Source: Epiperipatus broadwayi | Lineage: Eukaryota; Animalia; Onychophora | Assembly (NCBI GenBank): GCA_028023455.1 | Contig: JAQFVV010000009.1 | Coordinates: forward strand, 1,674,001 to 1,738,000 | Length of the DNA: 64,000 bases | Direction of reading: 5' to 3' | Part shown: positions 26,017-38,880 of the stretch, piece by piece | Layout of the letters: every line of letters begins with the position of its first letter | Position numbering within the stretch: the first letter of the stretch is position 1 | Program-made: the position numbers and the translations under genes | The notes under the pieces: model-generated | What the model saw: the letters and a program-made list of their open reading frames with translations, nothing else | Told to the model about the DNA's origin: nothing | The model's database searches: none

Positions 26017-26058
26017 TCCTCACTGATGAAGGCCACAAGCCAGAAACTAGTCTGGGGA
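26017..26058 (+). ncRNA. Type I hammerhead ribozyme (variant core); predicted cleavage after 26052
   Basis: UCCUCA-CUGAUGA-A-GGC(CACAA)GCC-A-GAAAC-UA-GUC-UGGGGA. Confidence 0.78.
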
Positions 26059-26189
26059 TATTGGATGAGTAGGCACTAGATGGGGATTTTATGCACAAGC
26101 CTTTTGGCATCCATTGATTACTCTAGCTTGCTGTGTGTGGCATACGTATAGTGATTTTTGCCTGTTTTAATGTTGAGTAGTCTGAAGTG

Positions 26190-27720
26190 CGTGTATCAAG
26201 GGAGAAACAAACCAATATGCATTGCGGATAGATAAAGCAAAACAGTTTTCAGATAACAAGTTTACACTGTTAGTATTTATAATTATAATGAAATGTAAAA
26301 ATATATATATATTGTTTTATATAACGGTCTTTATCGTTTAGATTGAATTTAGGCGACTAAAAAAAAAAATTCTTATTGAAATCTATATATTATCAATGGG
26401 TTTTAAATTGGCAAGTTTGTATTAAAATAATTTATATCTTGCAAAAAAAAAAGTTTCTTTTACACTTTTTTGATTTCAATAAATTAAATTTACTTAGCTA
26501 TAATACATCTACATTTGCAAACAGACTAAAACGTGATTGAAAAATGAACAATGTAAAAAACAAAATCTCCGGAGGACAAACCAACTAGAGTTGAGAAAGT
26601 TTTAACGAAGTATTTGCTCATGACACTATATGAGCAAAAGCATTAGATATTAAATTTTTGGAAAATAATTTAATTTTTTCTAACAGAAAATATAGAATGT
26701 TTTTTTTTTTTTTTTACGTGGGTGTGTCAGGATTTTCAATTATACTTATAGTTAACATTTAATCGGTTTCAGTTTTTAAAATGTTCCCGTTGAATTTTAA
26801 ATTAAAATATTATTGCTAAACATCAAACACATAATTAAATGTAGACCGCTTAAATTCAAAATTAATCGTTTTAGAATGAAATACTTATTAATAATTTTGG
26901 TATACTGTATATGTTTATTAATGAAAAACGCGAACAAACTCTATGCTTAAATTTACTGACACATCGCTAAAGTCTCCAATATGGCAGCCTGTTTTTGTTG
27001 CTTTCGTTGCTGTTGGGATGGAACGGGCTTTAGTGGAGGTCATGTTCCTTTGAAAGAATTACCCACCGTTATTCTTGATACCAGTAAAATGGGTAATTTC
27101 TTTTTTTTTGTGTGTGGTTGCATAATTATTTTAAGTATCAAATGACAACACAATAATTTGCGTTTTAAATTTAAACATCCAAATGTTAAAAATATTAATA
27201 GATAGAAATGATTATTTTTTAAAAATAAAACTTTTATTATTATTTATATATAAGTGCGATATTAAAGATTAACGGATAGAACTTATAGCTTAAACATTTC
27301 AGACAAAAACGCGAAAACTTGTCAACTGTCATAAATTAATATAAAAACAAGGATACTATTTTATGGTACATATTATCTACAAATCGTCATTCGATTGGTT
27401 TTTCATTAGCACTGATTAGGCATTAACGTCTTTTGGTTATTGCTTTATTTATTTCTGGACGTAGCGGTTATCTAATGCTCTTCGAATTAATTATTGCAAA
27501 AGTGGCCCGTGGCTAAGCTAAAGAAGTAGTGAATTAATATGAAAAATATATTTGATTTATAAAATAATATGACTACATATACACAATTCTAGACACCTGT
27601 TTTTACTTGTTTACAGAAATAAGAATGGCGCGATTAATGGTATTGAATTTGAAATAAATGAGAAACATACGAAAATATTTATTTTTATATTATTATTAGA
27701 CGGATAAAAATTATATTTAT
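26190..27720 (+). promoter_or_regulatory. CpG-retaining promoter/first-exon region of SPRYD7
   Basis: Roughly 20 CpGs by eye in 26900-27720, against long nearly CpG-free stretches deeper in the intron; centred on the first coding exon. Confidence 0.55.
26981..27092 (+). CDS. SPRYD7: SPRY domain-containing protein 7, coding exon 1
   Basis: MAACFCCFRCCWDGTGFSGGHVPLKELPTVILDTSKM-G matches the recalled SPRYD7 N-terminus (CCLRCCRDG..GHIPLKEMPAVQLDTQHMG). Good start context (AATATGG) and phase-1 donor G|GTAATT. Confidence 0.92.
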
Positions 27721-30700
27721 GAAAGATTTGATGTTTATAATATTTATAATTAGCAAAGCACTGTTGATTTTTTTTATATACTTATAGATGTAAACTATGA
27801 TTGTTCTATATACACATTTTTACATGGGTTCCTTACAATATGTTTGAAAAAATATTAACAAGAATTATGACGCCATTTATCTTTAGAGATTAGATTTAAA
27901 TCAGGAAGAAACTATTGTGAATAAATTTTATCTTTAACAACTCACTTTCGAAAAGTCTTTTAAGTAAGATAAACAAAAAAATTAATGCCATTTTTATTGA
28001 TCAATTCTGTTTGAAAAAAAAAAATTATTCAAAAAGTTGCCAAAATCTTTAGTTAGGAGAAAAATTCAAGTGACAAATGAGAATTGTAGTAAATACAAAA
28101 TTTCCCCAGATTCAGTTTTTTTCAGAAATTCGTTGATGACATTGTTTTAACTTCACAAAAGAGATTTTTATGGAAAATAGAAAAGTTTCAAGTTTTCATG
28201 TAAACAGAAAAGCATCTTGAAATCTGAATATAATTTTATAAAATGAAACACTTTTATTTCAAACTATGTAAAAGTAATCTTTGTATCCTAATCAATTTTC
28301 TTCATCGATCAAGGATTATATATTTTTTAAAAATTCTAGGAAGAACATTCTTGGAAAATTTGCAATTTAGAAATGTGAAGCAAGTGCTTTATATGCACTT
28401 TTTTATTATTATTATATTGTATTGATGCATATTCAGCTTTGTTTGGAAAAAAAAAAAAGCCCAATGTTATGCAATTAAATATTACTCTAGTGTGTATAGT
28501 ATTATAAATAATACGTGTGCAGATATATATATATGTATGATATTGTTAATGTAAATAAAGCTTTATTGCAGAAAATAATTACTGCAAATTATTCACTCTA
28601 GCAAAATTTACAAGAGATTAACATGAACTGAACTTGAATTATTTATGCAAATTAACTATATATATTTATAACTTACACTAAAAAATCAGCAGTAGATGGA
28701 GTAAGCATTTATGCAAAAGCTTAGAAAATCAGAAATAGATTTTTTTATCAAATACACTACAGAAGTTATTAGATATTCAATACTATTTGTACAAGGACTT
28801 CCTGTCTTTTTACAAAGTTACTCAGCTATTAGAAGACACCTTCCTTACAGAAAATGTATAAAAACTTTTAAATTTGTCAGATTTACCAATAAGTCAAGAT
28901 ATAATTTCAACACTTAAGATATGATTCAAATCAAAATCTTTTTTGTGGACACTCAATCAAGAATTCCTTCATCTAATTAATTAAATTATGAAGTAAAAAA
29001 TCTTATGGTTCCAAATAAATTTAATTTTTTAGATCTAATGATAGAGCCAGTTGGATTTGATCTTTATAGACATTAATGGAGTCTGATTAGTAGATTCACT
29101 ACTACCAGTGATGTTGTGTTTATCTGATTCAGAAATGTGTTTAACATTATAACCAGACACAAATCGTGAACTATGCAGCTATCGACTATCAAATTTATGC
29201 ATTTAGTGGCAGAAGTGATGAATTTGATGAAGCTGCTAATGAATTCATTTTCTTATTGGTATCTCCACAGATTTTTTATAATGTTTAACTGTCAAAAAAA
29301 AAATCCAAATACTAAATAAATTAAATTTGAAATAGGTAGTCATAATGAAGGTAATTAATTAAATATATTTAAAAATAATTTGAAAGCAAACTATTGATTT
29401 ATATTTATAATACTCAGTTTACAAACTTAATAGTAACCTTACAAATATATGTATTAATAATTAATTCATAAACAAAATTATGCATTTCATTAAAAGTCCT
29501 AATGACTCTTATAAAACCCTAAGCATAAGTTTTATTTGTTCCCTATAGTTTTGTTCTCTCTTCACAGAACTATGAGTTTGCTATTATTCTTGTAAGTATT
29601 TACTTCCCTTTCATTTGTCATGAACTTATTGTGATTTTTTCAATTAGCAATTACAGCTAAGAATAATTGTTTCATTGTTTCACCATATTTGTTTTTCAAA
29701 CCAAAGTCAAATAGTTTATATTGCTAACCATTATTGTACAGAATGACCTTAAAATCTGGATTGATTTAATTAATTACAGCAAATGCTTACATAGATGGTT
29801 TTCAATTTTGAAATACTTATGAATGCAGTAAATAACATATTTGATGTCCTGTTAAGGTTATTGTGCTAATTTTATCACATTGAGATAATTGCTTCTTTTA
29901 GTATATGGATAGTTCTGAGCTGTAATTTTTCTGTTATTAGGATCATTATTTTGCATATATGAATCCAATCTTAATGCATTCTTTTGTTACTTAAAATTTT
30001 TATTAACAGAACCAAAACAAAATTTTTTTTATTTATATATGTATTTTTTAAGAAAAAAAAAAATGGATCAAAAGTTTTAACACAATCTGTATATAAAGAT
30101 TTAATTTAATTATGATTTCTTATTTAAGAATAAGTAGAAGGTTATAATTAAATCTGTATTTATATGGCTTAAAATTTTGGAATCATTTTTTTGTTATTGT
30201 TGCATTAGAAAAACAAGTAAATTTGCAATCTTTTTTTGCATTGTTTTATTAATATTTCATTGTATTCAAATGCATAAAGAAAAATAATACAATAAATTAT
30301 TATTTACATTCAGATTTATTGTATGTGTTACAATGACTGAACTCTTATTTTGAGAGTTTATATGAGTGTGCATGCTACATCACTATGCATATATGTCATT
30401 CATGGTCACTATATTCAACAACCACATTTAGCATCTCTATATCCTTGAAGTTGGGATTTTCAATCTTTCCTGTTGTTACAAATTAATGTCAAGCCACATG
30501 TAACCATTCCATTGTCTCAAATTGCTTTCATTTTCTCTTGAAGTCTCTTGGAACACTTTTCTGGTATAGTCTTTTTTTCTTTTCTGGATTGTGTGACTTC
30601 TATTGATATAACTTCTCAAAATTCAAACCTAATCTCTGTCAGCAGCTTTTATTCAACACATTTCTAGAATTTTATTTATTTAGCATATGGGCTTTTTTTT

Positions 30701-32874
30701 TTTTTTTAAGATAACTGTTATCAAAATATTATAAAGACTGTAGTGATTTCAATTAGGAGATGATTTTTGTGCTATTCAATCCTTTCATTCAGTCATTATC
30801 ACAGTATATTTTTGACCCATCAACATAGGTTAGGGTTTATTAATTTATCAAATGAGTGCACTGACCATGGAATGTCCTGAATCTATTGATGGGATTCCAT
30901 TAATATTTAGGAAAATCAAATTCAGCTGACTTTATTGTTGAATTTGGAATATAAATCCATTTTTATACAATAATTCTTTGATTGTAGACTTTTGGTTAGG
31001 CATCCAGATAAAACTATACCTTAAGTCATTGGCAAGTCTGATCTACTTAATAGCTTTTTATGCATTTTCTACAAGGCAACTTCTGATATCCAGTGAAAGA
31101 ATATATGAAACAGGAATCCAATGCAAAGATGTAAACTTGAATGTACAAGTAGTATTTCCCATAGTAATATTTAATTGAGCATTCAGAAGTTTAGTATAGG
31201 ATTTTTTCTTGACACAGATACAGTATTTAGCAGTCAAATATGTTAATGTTAAAGAAACTATTTGATGAAAAATACTTGCATCACAAGTTTCAGCTAATTT
31301 CCTAAGATATTTTTAGAAATTATTTTAGATTTAATCTTATGTAAATGAAAAAAATAAGAATACAATGTAAGATAGAAATGTGTTTCAAATTGTTGTTGCA
31401 AAAAGTTATTTTCAAAATTTTAGGTGTTTCCCTGATATTTACATATTGACTTTGGTGAATTTAGAAATAAATCTCCAATCTTAAAAAAATATTTCCAAAC
31501 ATTTCATTTTTTATTGAAAGACTTCTCAAAATTATTTCTGAAGAGGATTTTTTTAAAAATGAAATTAAAGCATTGATATCTTTATAATTAAGTTTCCTAC
31601 ATTCTGCATCTGGAAAAGCATAGATGAATATATTAAAGTATGTGAGAACTAAATCCTGTGTTAGACCATTCTTTAAAATTTTGTATCTACTATGAGCCAT
31701 TAAGTGTTACTTGAATTTTTTATTGAAGAGCATTTTGTCAAATAAATTAATAGTTTTCCTCTATTTAAAGAGTTTAGAAACTTTTAAGACCATTTTTATA
31801 AACAATCATAAGCTGAGATTAAATAAATAATGAAAGTATCAATTTTCAATTTATTTTGAAAACCTTTTTTAAAATGAATAGTTTAATATAAAAAATTGTT
31901 TATAACAACTTTTTTTTAAAAAAAAACTCGGCCTATACTATAGAAAAATAGTTCTACTATTGGCAAAATTTTTGATGTGATTCTTTTCTATAGCTTGTAA
32001 TATATCCATGAGGCTTGGATAATAATTTGTTTGGATAATTGAGTTTATTTTATTTTAAGACTGCTATAGTTTTGCTTTTATGCCAAATTTTTAGAATAAT
32101 TTTTATATGAATGATGTTGCTGAGTACTTTTTCCAATCACACTTTGGCCTCATGTCCTATATTTTTTTTTAAAAAAAATTCCAGAGGTATGCTATTTGCT
32201 TCTGAGATTTTTATTGGTTTAAGATAAACAAAGACAAATTCAAATTTACCAGTATTTACTGGTTTTATTAATTTGATATTAGAGGAATATTGTGAAAGAG
32301 AAGTTGAGTTTAGAAATCTGATTTATAAAATTGATAATCTTATTATCACTGATAACTTTTAGAAATGCTTATGCAATTCCAAGTTTATCCAAAAAAGTAA
32401 TCAGACTTTCTATTAAGTCATGGTAAAAATATATATAATCTTTCTCTCTTTTTCTTATCTAATATCATCCAATAATTTAATAAGTTTATCAGCAGTTTCT
32501 GGATCTTTGGTAGATAATTATTTGCTGTGAAGAATTCTGCTGATTTTGTTCAAATCTGTAGAGAATTGCTTTTCGTATCTTTGAGGGGTAGGCTCTTTGA
32601 TAGCCTGTTGGAATGAGTTTGTTAAATCTATCATTGAAAAAGGAATTCAGAAAAATTCTGTTACCATTCAAGATAGCCAGATTATCTTTTCCAACCAGTT
32701 TACTTTATATTCCATATTGAAGTAAGATAACATTGAACTATAGGAACGTAAAATCCATTTAGATTTGGTTTATGTTCAATGCTTATAGATCAATAGATAA
32801 GGATGAAACATTTTTTCTTGAAGCAAAACATAAGTGGGAGTTGTCTCTTTCCCCATTTGCCTTAATGAAACCTT

Positions 32875-32954
32875 CTTTCTTCTTCTTCTTTTTTTTTTAA
32901 ATGTCATAGCATCGGCCGGGATGCGAATCCGCAACCTAGGCAACTTCCTGCAAG
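32875..32954 (-). mobile_element. 5'-truncated tRNA-Gly-derived SINE
   Basis: Matches the 3' half and TATGACA-polyA tail of the copy at 47634-47737. Confidence 0.65.
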
Positions 32955-33099
32955 TATATCTATTATAAAAGTTAACAATTTGTTTGATATTCATTTACAT
33001 ATCCTAAAAGGCTATTATAAGAATTAAAATATATATTGTAATATACACATGTTGCCACCTATAGTTTCCTTATAATGTATAAATAATTAAATAAAAAAA

Positions 33100-33745
33100 A
33101 CGATTAAAGGTTATCTATTTAATAAAAAAAATATTTATTGTTTTGAATGAATCTGAAATAAATGAAACATTTATTTATTAAATTTTAAAATGAAATATTT
33201 TTGTTTAAATTATTGCTGAATGATAACAATGCCATATTAGAACTAGAAAACTCACATGATCAAAAGCCAGTTTTCAAAAAGGAAAAGACTGCATTTTGTG
33301 TTGCCATAGTTACAGAAACAATTTTTTTTTTAGCAAGAAAACAGTCTTTCTTTTGCTTAAAAATTTGTGTTTATTTTACCTTTTTTATAAATATATTTAG
33401 GACACATAATAAAAAACTTAGAGAGAGGGAGCATGGTCTCCCCCTTCATTTGGTATCTTGATTAAAATGAAATGGTTATCACAAATGCTATGCTGACTAC
33501 CATAGTGCTTAGATAATTGAATTCACCTGGATTGTAATATCAACAGAAATAATAATTAGATATCATCGATTCAAATTGCTTATGAATCTCTATGTGTTTT
33601 TGCTAGCAAAAAGATACCAAAGGAAATATTGTTGAAAAATGGAATATCAGCTGAAATCATATGTAGGCATAATTGTGGTAACAGATGTCAATAAAAACAT
33701 CCTTTTAGATTAACACTGTCAGATAAGTTTTATAAATAAATAAAA
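33100..33745. repeat. Dispersed ~650-bp repeat, copy 1
   Basis: Colinear diverged similarity with 39620-40225 (e.g. TTGTGTTGCYATAGYTACAGAAACAATTTTTT; GCTAGCAAAAAGATAYCAAAGGAAATA). Confidence 0.8.
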
Positions 33746-36254
33746 AAAAAATCTTTTAAGTTTTTTTTCCTTTTAATAATTTCCATTAGTATAACTTACT
33801 TGGCATTCATTATCATTTAAGTGATATGAGCTATATATTGTAAGGTATTAATTAAAACCCAAGTGAGACCCTAATTATTCCAGAGAGATAGAGAGAAGAA
33901 AAAAAAGGAAATTTTATTTTTTTATTTTTATTCAGCTATATATATATTTCATTGGTTAACAAAAGAAAATCACTGATAGAATGCAGAAAAGAAAATGAAA
34001 TATGACTAAAATACAAGATTTCTGCTAATTTTAGCTGACAATTAGAAAACAACTTTTGACCTTGGGTAGGGGCATATATGCATGTATGGATGGATGCCTT
34101 CATACAAGTTGGGAAGATCAATTAGTCTTTTAAGTCTTAATTCTGTGTGATGTAGTTTTTATTTTTATATTATTTCTATTTTTTATTGTATGTTAATATT
34201 TAAAAAAAAAAAAGAGAAAGAAAAAGAGGGGGGAGAGAGAGAGAAAACTCATTAGCAAGTTGTAATATTAAAGAGACTGATAATGATTGCTATTTGACTA
34301 TCAAAATAGTTTCAAACTCATCTACTTAAAAGTCAGTAGTTCCAAGATAAAGACATTTCAAGCCACCCAAGTGGAGAGTAGATACCTCAATTACATATTA
34401 CCATCATGAGGTTCATCAATGATATCAATAATACCAAATGAATAAATACCAAAAGAGAAGCTGAAACATTATTATTTTGTGGACTAATGTTCAAGTGAGA
34501 ATTATTAATTTAAAAAGAAATGCGTTGCTGAGACTCTAGATTACTTTGTTTGGAAATCTTGAGGACATCCAGGAATTCTCACACATCAAAATGGAAGGGA
34601 GACTAGAGAAACATCCAGAGCTGACCACAGAAGAAATGATGGCTTCAGCATCTGCAATGCCTTATGTCTTAATTCACTGTGGGAAAGTAAATGGAGAAGT
34701 AGCAAAAGCATTCATGATTGCCTATGAATAAGTCCAGACAGCGACCAGTCTACGTCTATACTGTAAGTATACTATCATCTTAATAATGATTTTTGGAAAT
34801 AGTCACCGATATAATTGTTAAGGAAATATACATACCATAATCAAATTATCATATATACATATATTCAACCATAGGGTGTGCTTTAAAAGTTTTTTTTTTT
34901 TTTGTTATTGTTAAGGAAATTCACATATCATAATCAGTATATCATATATATATACTCAACCATAGTGTATGCTTAAAAGCTAACTAGCATTACTTCCAAA
35001 TGCAGGAGCCCAATCAATTGATAATACGAAACCAAAATTTTATTAATAATTATTGACATTTCATTTTAACTTCTCTTTCCTCAAATATCAAACAGGGTAT
35101 TAATAATTAAGTGTTTTGTTATCACTAGATATATTATTATTATGCTATTTTTTATTTTGTTTTGTTTTATCAATAATGTTATATATTGATTTATACACAT
35201 GTTGGTGTATCTTGATATAGTTTATTTTAAACTATATGTTCATTTTTTGATTGAAATATTTATGTAGATATTTTATGATGGGGAAGGTTTAAACCCTAGA
35301 TGATATGTGTGTGCATGGATATATATCAGTGGTGAACAGGCCTAAAATAAAATGATAAAGGGGGTATGAAATGATAATAATAACCAGGTGAGAGATTATT
35401 TTTTTTAGTGTCCACATTTAGTAAGAATTATCCATTTATGGGATGTGTATATTATAATATCGTTGACAAGATGGCGGGTGTGATCAAATTATTTACATTA
35501 GGGAAACAACATTTAAATATCATAATTAAAATATGTGATGCTTTCCGTTTTTTTTCTCTTATTGTTATTAATCATTAAATTCTATGAGTGATTCTATCTT
35601 TATTATTTTATGATGTAATTATTATTTAGTAACATTGGAATAAAACTGAATCAGACGTCGAAAATAAACCACTTAGATGTTTATTTATGAATCACAATAT
35701 TCCTTTTGAATGTTGCTCTTAAGTCATTATCAAGTAAAGATAAATTATGAGCCCCAGTAAAAAGGTGAAAAGGGTAATTTTAGTAAGTTATGATATGTAA
35801 AATATTGATCATATATATATATATATGTTGGTATATATAACTATCCTATTAGCTGAATATGTATTTGAGTCTAATTCTCTTTCATGCCTGGGAAGGTGGA
35901 TGGGAGTGATAATATGGGAGTGATATTATCAACATAAATTTTTAATATAGGAGTGTGAATATGCACAGAATAATGATGCAAATAATTTTTTTTTTTTTTA
36001 TCTCTGAGCTAGCTTAGTGGTTGTCTTCGCATCGATAGGTGAAGTGACTTTTAAATCCCATAAGCGGATCTTATAAAGGTGGGGCACTGGATAAGGTCCC
36101 AAAGGATGGATATTAATCGCCCCATCCTGAATAATAGGACACAAACAGTTAATTATAGCTGCACAGTGCTGGACCAGGGATTTGGGTATAGATACTAAAA
36201 GGTCTCTATATTCAAATGAATGAAACCTTGAATATCTTCAAGCTATTCCAGTAT

Positions 36255-37140
36255 AATATTTACATTTTTAAAAAAGTAACAATATTAAATTTTTATGACT
36301 CTGTTTAAATAATTTATCTTTAATCCTTTCATGAGTGTATGCTTTCTAATTTAAATGTATGTAATATCTATTAATTGCAATCTTAAAAAGAAAAGAGAAG
36401 GGAAGGTAATTATAAAATATGGTAGATTAGAATGCAATTGGTAAATTAGAATTATTCACCTCTCTGAGTTAATGCTCATTTCAATAAATTTATTTTAATA
36501 TTAACCTAAGTCCTTTGATATAACTATTGCAACAATCATTATAAAATTGTTTTATTATTTAATTTATTTTACAATTAAGATAATTCATTGTACATCCCAT
36601 ACTATACTTTATCATCAAGTGAGTCATCATTTACTAAATTTATTTTCTTTGCCAAGCAAAATATACTCATCTCTGTGAATTCATTGGTGCCTTATAAATT
36701 TTATGAATTCATTATAAATATAAATTTGAATTACGGATAGAGCCATTTGTGGAGCAACGTATGTATTTGTCTATTTATTAGTTGTACATTTTAGCTGCCT
36801 AAATATTACATTTATGTAGTATATTTAGATTGCCCAAATATTTAGTGCGTAAGTAGAGAAAACTATTTGGTTCACGATTTTATCTATTAAATGTTGTTGC
36901 TGAATCTAAGGCATTTGCAGGCCAGTTAGCCTTACTCAATTATATTTTTTTGTTATATTCATGATTACCCAAATCTGTAAACTATTCAGTGAACAGAACT
37001 TATTTTAGTTTTACATTTTGGCAGTTTTTATTAGTTTTTCTTCATATTTTGGCTGATTATATAAGGAAATATTGCTATTCATGAGACAGTGTTGACTCTT
37101 GGCCTTATTCATAGGTTTTAGAAAATAGTTTCCTTTACTT
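36255..37140. repeat. Dispersed ~900-bp repeat, uninterrupted copy
   Basis: First part matches 43520-43786; second part matches 46612-47183. Confidence 0.8.
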
Positions 37141-38109
37141 TTTTTGACTGCCCAACAAGGTCTGAAGGATTTGTCCACAATCTATGAGAAATTTAAAGTC
37201 ATATAATAATAGATAGATAGAATTAAAATATTTCATTAATGATCACAATTAATATCAACTATTTTTGTGTATACTACTATTAGATTAAACAGAGTAATGA
37301 CTCAATAGATAATTATTTTTAAATTTGTAGTTGTGCTTTATTAAGGGTTATAATTTAGAGAGGTTTATCAAATTGTTTTCTGAAAAATAGAGGTATAAAA
37401 ATACATGAGTTGAGAAATAGCAATGTTGTAAAATGCTTTATAAATAAAATGTTTTATAGATATTCCAAAAAATGGGAATGTAGTACCAGATGTTGATGCC
37501 TTGACTTGCCATGTAATAATAAAAATAAGAGTATTTGTGACTTTAAAAGCACTAGATATGTGCTATATGTTAGTAAAATGCCAAAGGAATATGAGCCACC
37601 TCACTAATAAATATTTAGTTTTCCTCATGAAACAACTAAAATAAATAATGAAAAGTATTTGAAGCTAGCTTATTTTATTGAAGGTGTTGTACCTTAATTA
37701 ATTATTTTGGCAAATAAATGGAAAACAGTGCTCATTATTTGAATTTGTTGATAATAGCATAATGCAAATCTTTTGAGTGTGGTCAAAAAATTTACATTAT
37801 TTTGTACTCAATATAAGTTTAAATTTAAAAAAATAAATTTATACACGTTAGTTTGTGATGATAATATTGTGAATAGGTAAATCAATCATTATTGAGAAGT
37901 GATGTTATTGTATTTTTTTATATTAAAAGGGTATATTACATGAGTTGAAATGTGTATGAGTATGGATTTAAGTAATTTGTGGGGTTCAACATATAAAGCA
38001 TAGTACAGAAAACAAGTTGTTCATTTTGTTTGGTCTAAGTTATCGAAATGGGGAGTTATGTTCTTTCTTTTCTAAAATAAAGTCATAAATACAAATCTGA
38101 TATAAATTA

Positions 38110-38880
38110 TGGGAAATGAGAAAGAGTTAGATATGTTAGGCTAGAGAAGAAAAACTACAAAAATCTCTGTCACATCTAAAATTGATCAGAATGAATCTAC
38201 AATGGCAATGTTGCAGAGCTTAGTAGTAAAAATGAAACAAAACCAAGAAAAGTGTGGATAAAGCCAAGAAAGATTCTCAAGAGAAATCTCTTGAGAATCT
38301 TTCTTGGCTCATGAAAGTCAAGAAAAATTTTCAAGAGATTTAATGAATAAATTCAATGAAAGTCAGGATAAATTATCAAAGGATCTAATGAATAAGATTG
38401 ATAAAAATCAAGAAAAATGTGACAATAATCAAATAGAAATGAAGCAGTCAAGAAGAGCTTAAACTAGAAATGTAACAAGACCAGAACATGTTAATCATGA
38501 AGATAGAAAAGGGTCAATATGACTTAGAGAATATATTGAAACAAGAGATCAAACATATACATTCAGAAATAAAAATGGGACACAAGCAAATAAAATGATT
38601 TAAAAGTTGTGTTTAATGAAGCAGAGAGTAAAGTGGAGAAGACTTAAAATCAAATGCAAATAAAAATCAATAAGTTAGAAGATAATGTAGAAAAAGGAAA
38701 AAGACTCAAGAGATAGAAACTAAGAAAAATATTGATTGGAATGCCAGGATAAAGGTAGAATCCTAGAAACTAGGTTAAACAAGAATCAATAAATTAATGA
38801 TAAAGAGTTCAAGAAGGTACTGAATAGACAAGGACAAGGTCCAACTTTTGGAAACTCAGAGTGAGACCATTTTCATTATA
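38110..38880 (+). mobile_element. Possible decayed Gypsy gag (coiled-coil, K/E/Q-rich) remnant
   Basis: Purine-rich heptad-like repeats (SQEKFSRDLMNKFNESQDKLSKDLMNKID) with scattered stops; the family assignment is by general resemblance only. Confidence 0.35.

Larger units (their letters stand above)
25257..26170. mobile_element. Non-coding hammerhead retroelement (retrozyme-like / non-autonomous PLE): minus arm 25257-25585, plus arm 25586-26170 (~1.27 units of a 460-nt monomer)
   Basis: ACTAGTC/TGGG recurs at 25586 and 26046 (period 460). Two full hammerheads are present. TSD ATGTTGAGYAGT lies at 25245-25256 and 26170-26181 (one mismatch). Confidence 0.88.

Noticed and set aside
27618-27640. 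23-nt microexon (TTACAG|AAATAAGAATGGCGCGATTAATG|GTATTG) in the SPRYD7 intron
   Set aside because: It would frameshift exon 2, and the signals are common in AT-rich DNA; no other support.
30300-31700. Possible MULE/SWIM transposase remnant on the minus strand
   Set aside because: Only vague Cys/His and AFPDAE-like similarity; too decayed to call by eye.
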